Position numbers and translations under genes: made by a program. Of a stretch of 64,000 nucleotides of DNA, positions 12,281 to 25,534 are shown piece after piece. Position 1 is the stretch's first letter; every line of letters begins with the position of its first letter. This DNA comes from Botryllus schlosseri (taxonomy: Eukaryota): the NCBI GenBank assembly GCA_051294905.1, contig CM119372.1, positions 39,062,001 to 39,126,000 of the forward strand. The letters run 5' to 3'. The notes under the pieces are model-generated. The model was not told where the DNA came from, searched no databases, and saw only the letters and a list, made by a program, of their open reading frames with translations.

Positions 12281-15200
12281 CACACAAAAAAATCTGGTAG
12301 ATTTACAAAGAAATTTCTGTAAATTTTACAACGAATTACCGGTCGCAGCCAATAGCAGCGTGTAGCTTGTCATTTAACATTTTGATCTGTAATATTACAT
12401 TAATTTAGCTGCTAAGTCAAGTTACCAGAATTTCTTCGCAAGGTTACTGACAGTTACTCGCTACGGCATTTTACCAAGCTATTGGCAAAATTGATTAGCT
12501 TCCAAGCCCCTGCAACCAGTGGATACGTGGAAGTGCATGTCACTGTGATATCATTCTCGTTGCGATTTGACCTGATTCAACCTCGTTCGCGAGACAGGAT
12601 TAGGTCACACGGAACTGGTTGACCCTAGTACCAATTTCGGTATACTGCATAGTTGGGTGCAAGAAGCTTCTGACAATGTAGTTACACCATAGACATTATA
12701 TTATAAGGCTATGGCTACACGGTCGGTCTCGGCGGTTAGATTTGTTGTAACAGATAGGGCTAATGAGTTACAAAAATCAGTTTAGGATGTATAATCTTAT
12801 TCCTGAAACTAGAAATATCAGCACAGCAGGCTCAGTTGACCATTTCTTAATGGCGGACACGGCGACCTATAATAGGTTACCTTAGGTTGCGCGTTGCGGG
12901 CTTTTCTGAAATTCGTAGTAAACAACCAACAATCAACTGTGACATCACAAATTGCGTCCGGTTAGGTAAGTAAGTAGGGAACCACACGTGGAGCAATAAA
13001 TATTAATATATACGAAATTAGATGCAAAAGAATGGGACTATAGGTGTTGATAGATGTTTCCGTATGAAAAACCAACCTGGATTGAACATTATAACGTGGA
13101 CAGTAAATATTATTGGTGGCATGTGTCAGCGGATGAATATCACTTATTTCAAAGTCGTCTGCGTCTCGAGCCGAGTAGCCGACTGGTCGGTCATTAATAT
13201 TGAGCTTTGGGCATGCAAAGGCTGACGGTGCTAAGCTTCTGACTTGTGATTGAAGAAAGTAGAGACTTTCGTTGAAGATTCCCAGGACTGATGAATGGGA
13301 TGCGCATCGTAAAAGGTACAGTAGCCTACTGTATAGTATTAGTTACCGTGAATATCTACGACTGTGCACACCACCCGGATGACTTTGGTTTCATCATTTA
13401 AATATTTCAGTCGCCCCATTCTCAGTTCTACTTTGGGATATTAGTCGACTTGTATAATGGCCTGCGACACCACATGCTCTGCCGCGGAGTAGTTGAAACT
13501 GTTAGCTTGTTATTGACATTTATCGGGTCATAGCTTAGATATGTTTTCATCCACTGCTCGATATGTTTGGCTGACATGCCGCATCAAATGAGGCACCTTT
13601 TCTTTCAGTACATTGATCATTTAAGTCATGAATCTCTGCTATATCATGTCAAATGAGGAGTCGTCATCTCTCAATGTACCAGTACCGGTACTTCAAAACT
13701 TGTTATATTTTTGTTAGCCTATTTGTCTTAGTCTTTGGTTGGCAACTTGGCGACTTACGCATGAATTATTTTTAGTGGAACTGCAAGATACTAGTCCAGG
13801 GGTTCTCAACCTGGGGGGCGCGCCCCCCTTGGGGGGCGCGGGAGGCTCTCAGGGGGGGCGCGAAAAATTGACGAAGTCAGTATAGGGGGGGCGCGAGAAA
13901 TTGACAAAGTCAGTATAAATTGTACGTGTCTGAACATGTGTTTCACATCCATTATGAGAAGACGATTAATGAAGATGAAATTTATTCCATATTCAAGAAA
14001 GTTTGCAAAATACAAACTCTAGCAACCGCGCTCAACGGAGTATAGTCTGATTTCAACTTCATTTGAGCAAGTTTTTGAAATTCTTTGGAGATATAGAGAG
14101 CAATTCCCACGTGTAAGTCCTTTATTGCTTCATAGCTTTGACAGTAGCCTAAAGCTTGTCGCGCCGGGCAGCTCTTGTTAGTAGCTTCCGAACTGCACTG
14201 CCTAAGACAGACTTAGATGCAACATAGGTTGCCCGGTTTCGCCCTCAATTAGGCTACCCTAAATCAATACAATTTAATTAATTTCCAAAACTGATCAAAT
14301 TTAGCCTGGCAGGACTGAACGACGCCTTGCTCTCTGTACTCACTACCAGCATCAGGATTAGTCTCGGGGTGACCTACCATGAAATTAATTATTGGATGTC
14401 TTGTTCAATGTTTTTTTGTTATTTTCAAACAAGTTTGGAGAAATTTGTCAGCAATGTAAAAGACTCAACAACTGGAATGCAGATTCAAAATTGGCGTAAG
14501 ACAGACCTTGTGTATACCATTAGATCAGGGGTGGGCAGCCTGCGGCCGTAGAAGGGAATTGGAGCGGCCGTCGACGCCTATTTCAATTAGTATGTGTTGG
14601 CGGCCGTAGACATGCAAATTGCAATTACGAATTCACTCCCGCATTTCCGAGAGATTTTAATTAATCTTGAAATTTTCTTCGCCCTCTGCGCAATTCAACA
14701 AGACTTCATTTTTCGATTTTAATGCAGTAGCGCCCTTCTTAATCTGAGCCGGAATGGGAACTGGCAAGAAATAACAATTCGTTCGCGGCCCTGAAAAATT
14801 TTCGCGCTCCGCGCGACAATATGCACCTACCGGCAACTATTCATAACATTGCCACTCGCGATTTCGGTGCGTACAATAGGCCATTGTGAAAAGTAGATGT
14901 CCAGAGTTCACCGGGAATGGATATGGACAGTTTACCATAGGTATTTTGCGTCCAGATCGTTCATTGCGGCTATGCCCTGGAATGCGGCCTTACGCTACAT
15001 AAGCAATCGAAATGAGGCCATGATTATCAAAAACGTTGCCCACCTCTGCATTAGATGATGTGCTCTTTTTGACATGACGATAAATGCAAGGGGGTCAGGG
15101 GGGGGCGCGAATTTTTTGACCATCTCCAAGGGGGGCGCGTGTCAAAAAAGGTTGAGAACCACTGTACTAGTCACACAGAAGGAGTGAAGACGAGAAAAAG

Positions 15201-15718
15201 AAACAATTGGAAGTTTATCCGCCGGCGTTGGAATTAATTCACAATTTCTTGGGACCACTCGTGCTATATTTGCATGCCTCCTAAACAAGAATTATACCTC
15301 CAGCAGCAATACTTTTTCATCGTGAATCATGAATGAATATACAGTTGTCCCAATGTCATTTTTAGAGCGTGAAGAAACTTTTGCGGTATTTTGGCATCGC
15401 GTTGCTTTGGGATAGGTATGGATCTACGTGAATTTAGAAGCCGGCATGTAATCTGATTTACAAAGGACAGCATGTAGGGTTGTAGGTACTAGGTAGGCGG
15501 TAAAATTACATTCTCGCTCGTAAATGTACAGGAGAGAATGTAGATTGAATATACCAGAGGTGACTGTAACATTACAGTCTGGCATGTAAAGTTAGATTAC
15601 CGGACGGGTGTAAGTTAAATTTACATTGTGTGACGGTAATGTTATATTACTGCCAAGTGGCTGGCCACCCTGCTTCCAGACATTTCGCGGTAAATCGAGG
15701 TAAATTTTTTTTTCAGTG
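12281..15718. mobile_element. Probable CMC/EnSpm-like non-autonomous element hosting the 13797 MITE
   Basis: Ends cacacaaaaaaat...atttttttttcagtg, both flanked by TA; TTAC/GTAA-rich subterminal regions. Confidence 0.45.
13797..15164. mobile_element. hAT-type MITE with a nested MITE at 14526-15048
   Basis: caggggttctcaacc...ggttgagaaccactg with perfect TSD tactagtc; the nested element has perfect TSD cattagat. Confidence 0.9.
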
Positions 15719-16014
15719 TAGAAAATGATAATAATATATATCATACCAATTAAACTGATTACCTAAGCGATATACTGAGTAAATGAATGATTCGTAATTG
15801 GGAAATTAACTTCTATTTGAATTGCTGCACGTGAGCTTTATGTATTGTGGAATTATAAATAATCAGCAGTAAATGTGTCGGGTAAGGATTCAATGTCAAG
15901 TTTACCGAATCAATAACTTCTTGAAATAATATTCAATCGATGACAACCTGAAGGAAAGCTGTCCCTCCCTGTGCTATTTAAATGATCCATTATCAGGACC
16001 GAGTGATATTATCC

Positions 16015-17123
16015 TAGGGTTGCCATACGTCCCGAATTTTCCGGACATGTCCGGAATTTCACTGTTAAAACTGCGTCCGGGAGGAATTTCTAAAATACGC
16101 CTAAATGTCCGGAATTTTGAAGGCTTGAAGTAAAATCATAATTTTCTCGTAAATCAACATAAACTACATTTTTTAGCCGGATTTATGCTACGTTTAATTT
16201 TTCTTCACGCTGCGCGCGATTTAGCATTAGATATATTGGTTTTAATATGGGGACTACTACCCTCACAAAAACTGCGATCAAAAATAAATAAAAATAGCAT
16301 TTATTTACAGAAATAATTTTAATTATAATCGCAATTTCATCAGAACGGTATATTCATAGTGACGATTTAGGCCGTTTTGATGCATTGTTCAAAAATAGTG
16401 GTTCTAAACCTGGGGGTTGTTTGCCTTTTTACTTGGGTTCGCGAAGATGTTGAACGTAATCAGCTTCCGGAATCGGCTGTGGGTAAGTCCGGGCAAATTT
16501 GCCGACCTTCAATTGGTAATCAGCTTATCAAATTTGGAGCTGCATGGGTCTTGGTAAATTGGAAATGCCCATAAAAGGTTGGAAGCTACAAGATCTGCAG
16601 TGTTTATATAACTCCGTGTTGCAGTGCGCACCGGCATTAGGCTGATAAATAATATTGTCGGTGTGACACGAACATGACTTAACGATTTACAATTACCCTC
16701 CTTGCATTTTCGAATTCATCATCCTCCACACCGCTAACTCTGATCATGTGGGCGGAGGGAGGATCAAAATTATATAGTAATATGTGGAAGAACCAGTAAT
16801 ATTGACATAATTAATGCAAATCATTTATTGACCACATGCATATAGTAAGCCCCCAGAAGTTGCATCGATTAGCCTGCGGTAGGCCCGAAATTAGTGTTCA
16901 TTTGTACGGGATGGACTGCAAAATGGGACTTCGGCCCTCGTTACAACTTACAACACACAACCACATACTCGTGGACTGGATCGTGACCACCTCTAGTCGA
17001 TAGACAAAGCATTGCTGGCGTGACGTCATATAGATCGACAATGTGGTCATAGCTCATTTTAAAATCCACTAGTGGACGCTAATGAGCGTCCGGAATTTAT
17101 GTCACAAAAATATGGTAACCATA
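16015..17123. mobile_element. hAT-type MITE (TAGGGTTGCCA termini)
   Basis: tagggttgccata...tatggtaaccata with perfect TSD tattatcc. A related copy starts at 46383. Confidence 0.85.
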
Positions 17124-19475
17124 TATTATCCAGACTTGTTGTGTTAGGCCGATAACGATGCCTTTTACACATCCTTATTATGACAATACCACGATTACAA
17201 AGTAAATGAAGGCGGGGTGCGTAATCCTTTCCTTACATGATCCCCCTAAACTTGTAGCATTAGGAAAAAGAGCTAATTTGTGCAATTGTGGGTGTTTCGT
17301 GCCCCGACAACAATTTTAATAACATCAATTTAACCACTACGAATACTGATGAAATATTGCACGGATTCAACAGTGGCATAACGACAAAATTCAACTCCAT
17401 GCTACAAAAGTAAACGTCTTCTTCACATTTTCCTCAAAACAATACCAACACATATCGACAAATCATAATGGCTGAGTCCAGACTGGCTGGTCAACACTGT
17501 AAAGAGTCGGAAGTGAAGTCATTTCAATATATGTCACATTAATCTGCAGCATCAAAAGTTAGGGAACGGGCCATAGTAAATTACTTGGTGACAAAGTATT
17601 TATTTCGATACGATGCCATTGATACATTAGTATATTTAAACTGAATGATTCAATACCAATGGATCTTATCACGTTCAATCGAAGAGATATCTACTTCTAG
17701 ATATACTTGACAAGCAACTCTTTCAAGCCGGGTAACATGCGTTTCTGCTGTTATCATGGTAACAAACATAGAGAGCAGCGGCGCAGAGAATTGTTTCGAA
17801 GAAATCCAAAATACACAACATCTTGTGTATCGCCAACAATGTTTGTATGTCGAGCAGCAAGAGACGACCTTGCATGATCTGCAAAGTGGTTAAAGTGGTT
17901 TATTTGAGATCTTAACCATGGATCCATGGACACTCGTGAGGTCCACGGACTAGTTTGAAAGGGCCCATAAAGGATAATGCTTAATCTACAACAATACACT
18001 ATCACTATATAGCCTACTTCCATATATTCATCTTTTGTAGTTATTTTGTGTTATGTTCAGTGCTGTACACTACAACAAACAATACTTAATAAAATCAGGC
18101 CGTGATGACCTCTTTTTCGTTATCAGCTTTCAAAATTTTTGAGCGTCTGCCAGGCTATCCCAAAATGTTTTAGGTGTCCGCGCAAAAAAAGTGGTTAAGA
18201 ACCCCCGCTTTAGATTTTGGCAGATCATTTTATAGGTTTATTCTGGTGGTTGCGGCACGAGGATCGGCTGAATTGCATATTAAACGTTTATATGGTAATG
18301 ATTGAATAATTTCCGATCAAAATTTACCAAGCAAATATATTTTTGTTTACTCTCTGCAACAGTGGCATATGACGAGAGCGTGTGGACATGTACCCGTACC
18401 AGCGCAAGGCATCAGCTCACCAGTGGGTTTATTTGATTTGCGGTATGGGAATGACGCACATAGCGTTATATCAACTTACCACGAAGTAAAACATCCAAAT
18501 GAGTTTGTTAGTGAAAAGAATAGAACCAAATATGGAAGAAAATCACGGTGTAAGGTATTCCACTTGCGGCATTTTCTGGCTGTATGCGTTCTATTGGCCG
18601 CTGTAACGTAAACATTGTGTCGCAATTCCTTACAATAGTATAAAATTCAATTTACGTCATTGTTACCATTCAATGAGCCTAGTTACGTCATAACCAAAAG
18701 TTGACTTCAGAGAGAAATTTATATTTATATATTGATGTACGCTTAAACTATAGATAACTAACCTACAAGAGATGATCGGATTTGAAATTTCTATGTCCTA
18801 ATCCAATCCAAATACGAAACTTCAAATCCTAATCCTAGTCCCAATAAAGCAATTTTGTATATTCCAATCCTAATCCTAATCCGATATGAACCTAGAATTC
18901 CTCTCAGAAAGCCTACATCTTATGCTTTTAATTGTGTAAAAAGAAACAAAACGCATAATGAGTGTCAAAGTACATGATGTAACTTTGGTAGGACGAAAAA
19001 CTTCGTCGACATTCGCCACATGAGATCAATCTCCCCGAACATCGGTAAATCCAATCCTAATCCATTGAAATAAAAATTTGAAATCCTAATCCAATCCTAA
19101 CCCTAATCCTGCTAATCTCTGTAACCGACGGATAGATACGCAACACCCGTCGACACGCTTGCTTGCTCAGAGTTAAATACGGCTCAGCAATCTGGAAGCA
19201 ACATAATTGCTAATCCACTAGCTGACGACCCGAGCGTTCAAATTGAGTAAAGTTGATCTTATTTGAAAGCTACGGTCGCGCTGATTCTGAAATATACATC
19301 AAAATCTGATCAGAGCAAGGGAACCCCCTCGAAATACACCTCAAAGTCTGAAAAACGGCCTTTACCTGAACAATCGCAACCACCCAAGGGTCATTGTTAT
19401 GGCCAGTGTGCTACGTCGCTACGATTGTGATGTACTCCAAGAAATAAATTTTTATTCCTTCAAGTCAGTCTAAGG

Positions 19476-20407
19476 CAGTGGTCGGGAACCTTTCTTGTCC
19501 GAAGAGCCATATTGGCCCTGTTTTTTCCATCTCAACTCCCGAAGAGCCATATATGCCAATCAACTGTTACGTCTCAATTGAAATTCGTGACGTCATGGGA
19601 GCACTTATTCGAACTCACTACATGGGATTGCTCGTGTGCACCATATTTTCTAAGTAAAGACTGGTATTTATTGTTCGGATATAAAGGTCGAAACGAGAGG
19701 TAAGGCACAGACATGACATGCAAGCCTCACCATTGACAACGCAATTCATGGTAAGTAGCTTAGAATTTGTTATAACTGATATTAATCGAATGTGACTGTC
19801 ACACTGATTCGAATAATCTAAATACTTATCGACTTCTTAATTCTCGAAGTATTCGGCGGTAGCATAACGTCGCACTACAGGCATACATTTTACGTCGGTA
19901 CCACACAGAGCTATACTTACCAATCAAGAACGTGGATAGCCATGGCGTTGTTTATAATTTGAGTTTGTAATGATGAATGTCACATGCACAACAGCTCATT
20001 TCACGCTGTAGATCAGGAAGACAATGTGTATTTGGAAACTGCGGTTTGAAATGGGCGTCACCATGCCTGCTATGCTCTTTGGTTAATCAACGTATCGCAC
20101 AATGCAAGATTTCGAGTCGGGTACATAGAAATCGCGAGTGATATTGGCCGCCGGCGTGACAGTAACTCAAATTTGATAATTTTGAAAAGAGGGGCTCGAG
20201 CCCCTAAACCCGAAGACGGCATTGTCTTTACCTCTCAAAGACATGTTTATATTGCCACGAGAATAATTATTCTGGCCGTGAGGGAAATTTACCAACAAGT
20301 CGCTGCAATATTGATCAATTCAGCACAAAAATAAATATTTGGCAAAGAGCCATATCTTATACCCAAAAGAGCCATATGGCTCGCGAGCCATAGGTTCCCG
20401 ACCACTG
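19476..20407. mobile_element. hAT-type MITE
   Basis: cagtggtcgggaacct...aggttcccgaccactg with perfect TSD gtctaagg; GAGCCATA subterminal repeats. Confidence 0.9.
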
Positions 20408-20491
20408 GTCTAAGGGGTCTCAAATGCAAATGTTCTCGCGGGCCAAGTTCCTAGTTTTCGATATCAGCATCAATATTAGGGGTATTTAGTG

Positions 20492-22612
20492 CAGTGCTCT
20501 TCAACCGGGGTTTTCGTACACCCTAGGGTGTGCCATAATTTTAAAAGGGTGTACCACTCACATGGGGTGTACAGGGGTGTACCAGATCCGAATTAAAATA
20601 GACCGATGACTATATAGCTATCACAACAAACCGGCAATTGTATGCTTCAGAACATCGTTATGTTGACCGGGCTTGCATTATCGTAAAATATGTTCATATC
20701 AGCTGAACGAGCTTGTAAGCTATATTCCTTTTGGTGTGTCATAAGCATATGTTTGTGCACATCACTTAAATGTTGGTATGGACTTTTTGATTCCTTTTGG
20801 AGTAGAAAAGGATGGCGATGACATGTGTTCCGCTTGCAATATCAGTCTGTAATAATGCTTGAGGAAACCACTGCGACGGTTCAGAAATATTGAATTTGTA
20901 CTTTCTGTGAGCACCTTATAAATAGCGCAGTGTACATCATTACAGGGGCGTAGCCAGGGTGTCTTGAGACCCTTGAGGGGGTCTAGTTTGAGAACCACTG
21001 TGCTAGCGGGTGGTCCGGATCCTGGAGCCCTGATTAGTATTTAGCATTTCAAATACGTTGCAGCATTGTTCATCCTTATTTCAACAGACCAGCACCTGCA
21101 GACATACGGTCGCATGCAGCCGTTAAACAATATTTATGCAAAACATATTAATTAAATTAGAGCGTGTTTTTGCGTCCGTTAATATGAAATTTGAATTAAC
21201 GAATAGGTTCTCAAATCTTTGAGAGATTTTAAACTTTAAAACTTTATTCACGCTTGCGCGATTCAGGGGACCAGGATTTTACGTATTTTATATATAGTGT
21301 AATCTGAGTCCCACCGAACAAATGCAAACCGTAAAGAAATACCAGAAAGAAATACCAAGACGGATTCGCATGCGTGTATGCCTACACCCCCTCCATCAGC
21401 TCCATCGCTTAATAATTCACGTGTGCCAAGAATGGACAAATAATTGACAGTAATAGATGAAACTACCCATATTATAGACGAAATAAATTTTCCACATGTA
21501 AAAGTTTTTAGCGTCCGCGCGACTACTGTTAGAATTAAAAAGTTCTATACGCAAGTAATACCTCAAGCAATCAGTCATGGTGCAAGAAACTACAAGCGCT
21601 CTTCGCGGCGTGAAGTTGCCAGTAGTCAATTTAACATGAGTATATGCAGGGCCGAAACAGCACTTCGTCAGCCCCCCTAAAAAAACATTGGTCTTGGGCC
21701 CCCATAGCGTCATGAACCAAACAGTAGACCCCTCATCGCGGTCTACGTTTTAACCGCTACTTAGTCAGCGAAATTTGTTATACACGTTAGTGGGCTAGTT
21801 TATAGCGTAAGATCGCGCGTGGTGTGAAATTTTCTATAACTCGTGATTGAATCCGTCAATAACATCAGAAATTGCATACATATTGTTATATTTTTTTTTA
21901 TTCTCTCTCTCTGCCCAGGTAATCAGATTTACTTTAAGATTTACAATCAAAATGAAATGTTTAGGAAAATGTAGGGCCGCAAATAAAAATAACTCAGGCG
22001 GGCCCCTTGGTCCCCTCATGGTTTTCAGTCAGCATAAGGGCGGTCCTTTTTGACCAATGTTTTCTCGCTGCCGATCATTCTGGCACACTTCTAGGATCGC
22101 ATTTTGTTACATGGCCTGAAACTTCATATGTCTTGGAGCGTCGTGGCGCGGTAATGGCCGACAGCGAAATGCACATTGCTATTAATCTTGCATATTTTTT
22201 CTTGGGGAAGGCTACCCAATAATCAGGGAATTTGACACTAAATCGAGCGTAGGGCGAAAAAAATTGAATGAAGTTGAAATTTTTTTAAATAACATACTCG
22301 ATAATTTATGTTTATTCAAGAAATAATTTTGGGACTCCTTCGAGCTCGCCCCCCTTCCCCCAATCGATGGGTTTGGGGTGCGGCAGTTAGATTCCTGATT
22401 ATATGATGTCTAGATGGGCCATTACGACTCTACGCCGGAATGCGGTAGTATGCTATGTAAGGAATCGAAGCACGGTCGTGAATAACAAAGAGGTTGAACA
22501 CCCCCGGTCTAGGCTTACTATACGGAATCAATGAGTGATCCGGTCAGGGGTGTACCAGTTTCAAGTAAACCTTAAAAGGGTGTACCACGACGAAAAAGGT
22601 TGAAGAGCACTG
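20492..22612. mobile_element. hAT-type non-autonomous element with a nested MITE at 21647-22397
   Basis: cagtgctcttcaacc...ggttgaagagcactg with perfect TSD atttagtg. The nested element has TSD agtatatg/attatatg and is an inverted relative of 41154-42426. Confidence 0.85.
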
Positions 22613-23806
22613 ATTTAGTGTATAATTGTAGCTTAATCCGGGTTTCTGGTATAGTCCTGATAAGTAGACCATTGTTCATGTCATTGCCCAAGTCAAATTT
22701 AATCAGCGTTAGATTTGACTTCGATACCCCCTATCCATCTTCAACACAATTTCTGATGGAACCTATAATAAAATCAAAGATGCTATTCACATAAAATCGA
22801 GCGTAACGCGAAGAATATATTTCAGTTGAATAAATTGGCCCAAAAACGATTACAATTTTCGGTGGATTGCAAAATAATTTCAACCTCTAGATAGCATATA
22901 GGCCTAATTCCACAACACATCTTGTATCCCCTGATGTGGTGCTTTGTACCCGGAAACGGTCGACGGATTCTGGTTTAGAACCCTTATCATAGAAGTGTCC
23001 AATCGACGAATAATCTACAGGTGTTGCAGGTGTGGGGCGCACCACTATTTAACTCGTAACGGGCAATACTAACATGGATAAATAGACCAAAGATCACCCT
23101 CGATGTGACTAACTATGCATCATGGAGGCAACAGAATGTCAATGGTTTCCCTACTGACCTGATAAGATTGCTGTATACGCTACGCAACGCAAGCTACGAC
23201 CTTTTGAAATATTATTATTCCCCATCACAGTTTGTTGTGTCCGTGGTCGTACCAAGTCACGGCCTTACGAGTCACAAATCCTTCTCAGATTTAACGTTTC
23301 ATCAGACTCAATTCGCGTCATTTTTTATATTACAACCCAGTTAGTCCAAGTTTGAGTCATTTTACGAACAGTCGCACCAAAGTCCAAATCACAATTTCCA
23401 GTCACGAAACATCAATGGGTCATGTTCAATCATCATTATCTAGAAATGTGACATAATAGCTGAGCTTCCACGACATAGTAGGTTCTGAAAGTGAGTTGAT
23501 AGTGAAGCTTGATGAGATGTCAGATTTTTAAAGTAGTCTTACAGTGGACTGGGGTTGAGTATAAAACATACGAATACTTGAAAATTCAAAATGTCACCGC
23601 AGGCAGCACAAAATTTTCTCATGGGCCGCATGTGCCCCGCGGGACACGTTTTTGAGACCCCTGCTCTAAACTCTCCAATAGCATCTCGCTGGAAAGATTG
23701 TTTGTAGATATAAATATTAGAATTTCTAGAATCCCGGCTAGCACCGACAACACCCCATCTACGATTGCGCAAATTAATAGCGATATCATCTAAACATGAA
23801 ATATAT

Positions 23807-24417
23807 CACTGGTCAACACAATTTTGTTGACTTCGATCTGACAGTTGTTTTTGACCCACTTTTGAGCGCTGAATTAAAAAAGGACTCCGTTTTTACTTTA
23901 TCACGTCCACTTTTTGGGTTAGGCATCCACCACATCGTCTCATAATCCACAAAAAAGGGCCGCTTTTGATATTTTGTGGTTGTTGCATAAAATGTTTCAA
24001 GAACCACCAGCAAACGAAAGTAACTCAATAGTCTTCAAATAAACATCTATACTGCTATCTTTGATTGATTCAAACTGACATTGCTTCTGAAGAACAAATA
24101 AAGTGCGAGTTTTAGGGTGCAGATTTATGCTATTAGCTCTTAATTCATATAGTGTGTTGTCTCGCTTGATACTCGGGCAGTAGTCAGCTATCATATGCAA
24201 GCTCCAATCTACTCTGGTAACTTTCCCCCATCACCTTCATATATTGGGGGAAACTTTGTGTTTACTCATCGCTGACTACGATGATGTTTCCCGGAAAATT
24301 AGCGAGATGGCTTTGCCGAAATGCTTCGTATTTTGATGCATGCATATGTTGCAGATGAGTTCGCCAGTTCCTCATCACCTAGTGCGTTTTAGCATGTCTT
24401 TGGTCCCACATACACAC
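23807..24417 (+). mobile_element. Possible 5' end of a second Chapaev3-like element, interrupted at 24418
   Basis: Starts CACTGGTCAACACAATTTTGTTGACTT, which resembles the reverse complement of the termini at 2368 and 38730. Confidence 0.4.
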
Positions 24418-25534
24418 CAGAGTTCGATCAATGACAATAATTCGGTTCAATTACAATTACAATTACTCTTTTGGATGCTTCAATAACATTACAATTACAA
24501 TCACTCAATGCTAAAAATATCAAATTACAATTACAATTACTGTTAAACATGTAATTAATTACAATTACAATTACTGTTAAACATGCAATTGATTCGGTAG
24601 ATAGGTGCTCTTTGACAATCGTAGCGATGTAATAACAACAATCTCAAGCTATTCATGTTTCATTCATGATACCTAGAATAACCTATAATTTATAAAAAAA
24701 AAAAGCTCGGACGTATTCGAACTATTCCTAATCCTGAGTACTGAAAACTACGAACACAGAAAAAAATTTAAAGCGACTGTTACCAACCAAAAGTTTGAGC
24801 GACTAACACCGACTAGGCTACAAGACAGACAATGAAATGTAATCAAACGAAAACTAAGAGCTGACTAATTCCATTATAATTTAGCAAATTTTTTGAGATT
24901 TGTAATGCATACTCTCAGAATTGTCCAATATTTACATATGTTGTTCTTTTTTGAATTCCAAGTTTATTAAAAAAAAAAAATTGAAAAATGTTCAGCAGTT
25001 CAAAAGATATTGCGATTTAAAATCCTCTCGTCACTAGGTGGCGCTACTTTCAAAAATCTTTGAAATCGATATTTTTCGCTCAAATGATGGTAGAGAACCA
25101 ATCAAAATGTCCAATTAACCAATTCTGGGGCCAAGGAATTCAATAAAACCAACTGTTTCGCCCTAAACTCAATGAAAAAAAAGTTACGGATGAAAAAAAA
25201 AATGGGGGGGACGGGCTTGAAAATGTCTGTAGGATACGGCCTACACAAAAAAAAATTATTGTGAAATGTGCTTTTAAGGAGTATGGTTGATAAAAAGCTT
25301 GATTTTAAATTTCCCAGTTATTCCACCGTGAAATATGCATTACATAAAAATTTCATGGTCCCAACCCATATCCCTGCTCACCGTAAATACTATTATCACC
25401 AGTCACATATATGAATAAATTTATTCGCCTTGGTGTTCGAAATTTTTCAAGTAGAATCGTTGCAGAACCACCGCTTCAACAATAATAGGAACATCGAAGC
25501 ATGTTAAATTTTGACGTGGGATAGGGAAGATAAA

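Noticed and set aside
18790..19110. Interstitial telomeric repeats (CCTAA/CCCTAA-like)
   Set aside because: The AATCCT/AATCC units are dispersed and degenerate, which fits MITE subterminal repeats better than a telomeric tract.
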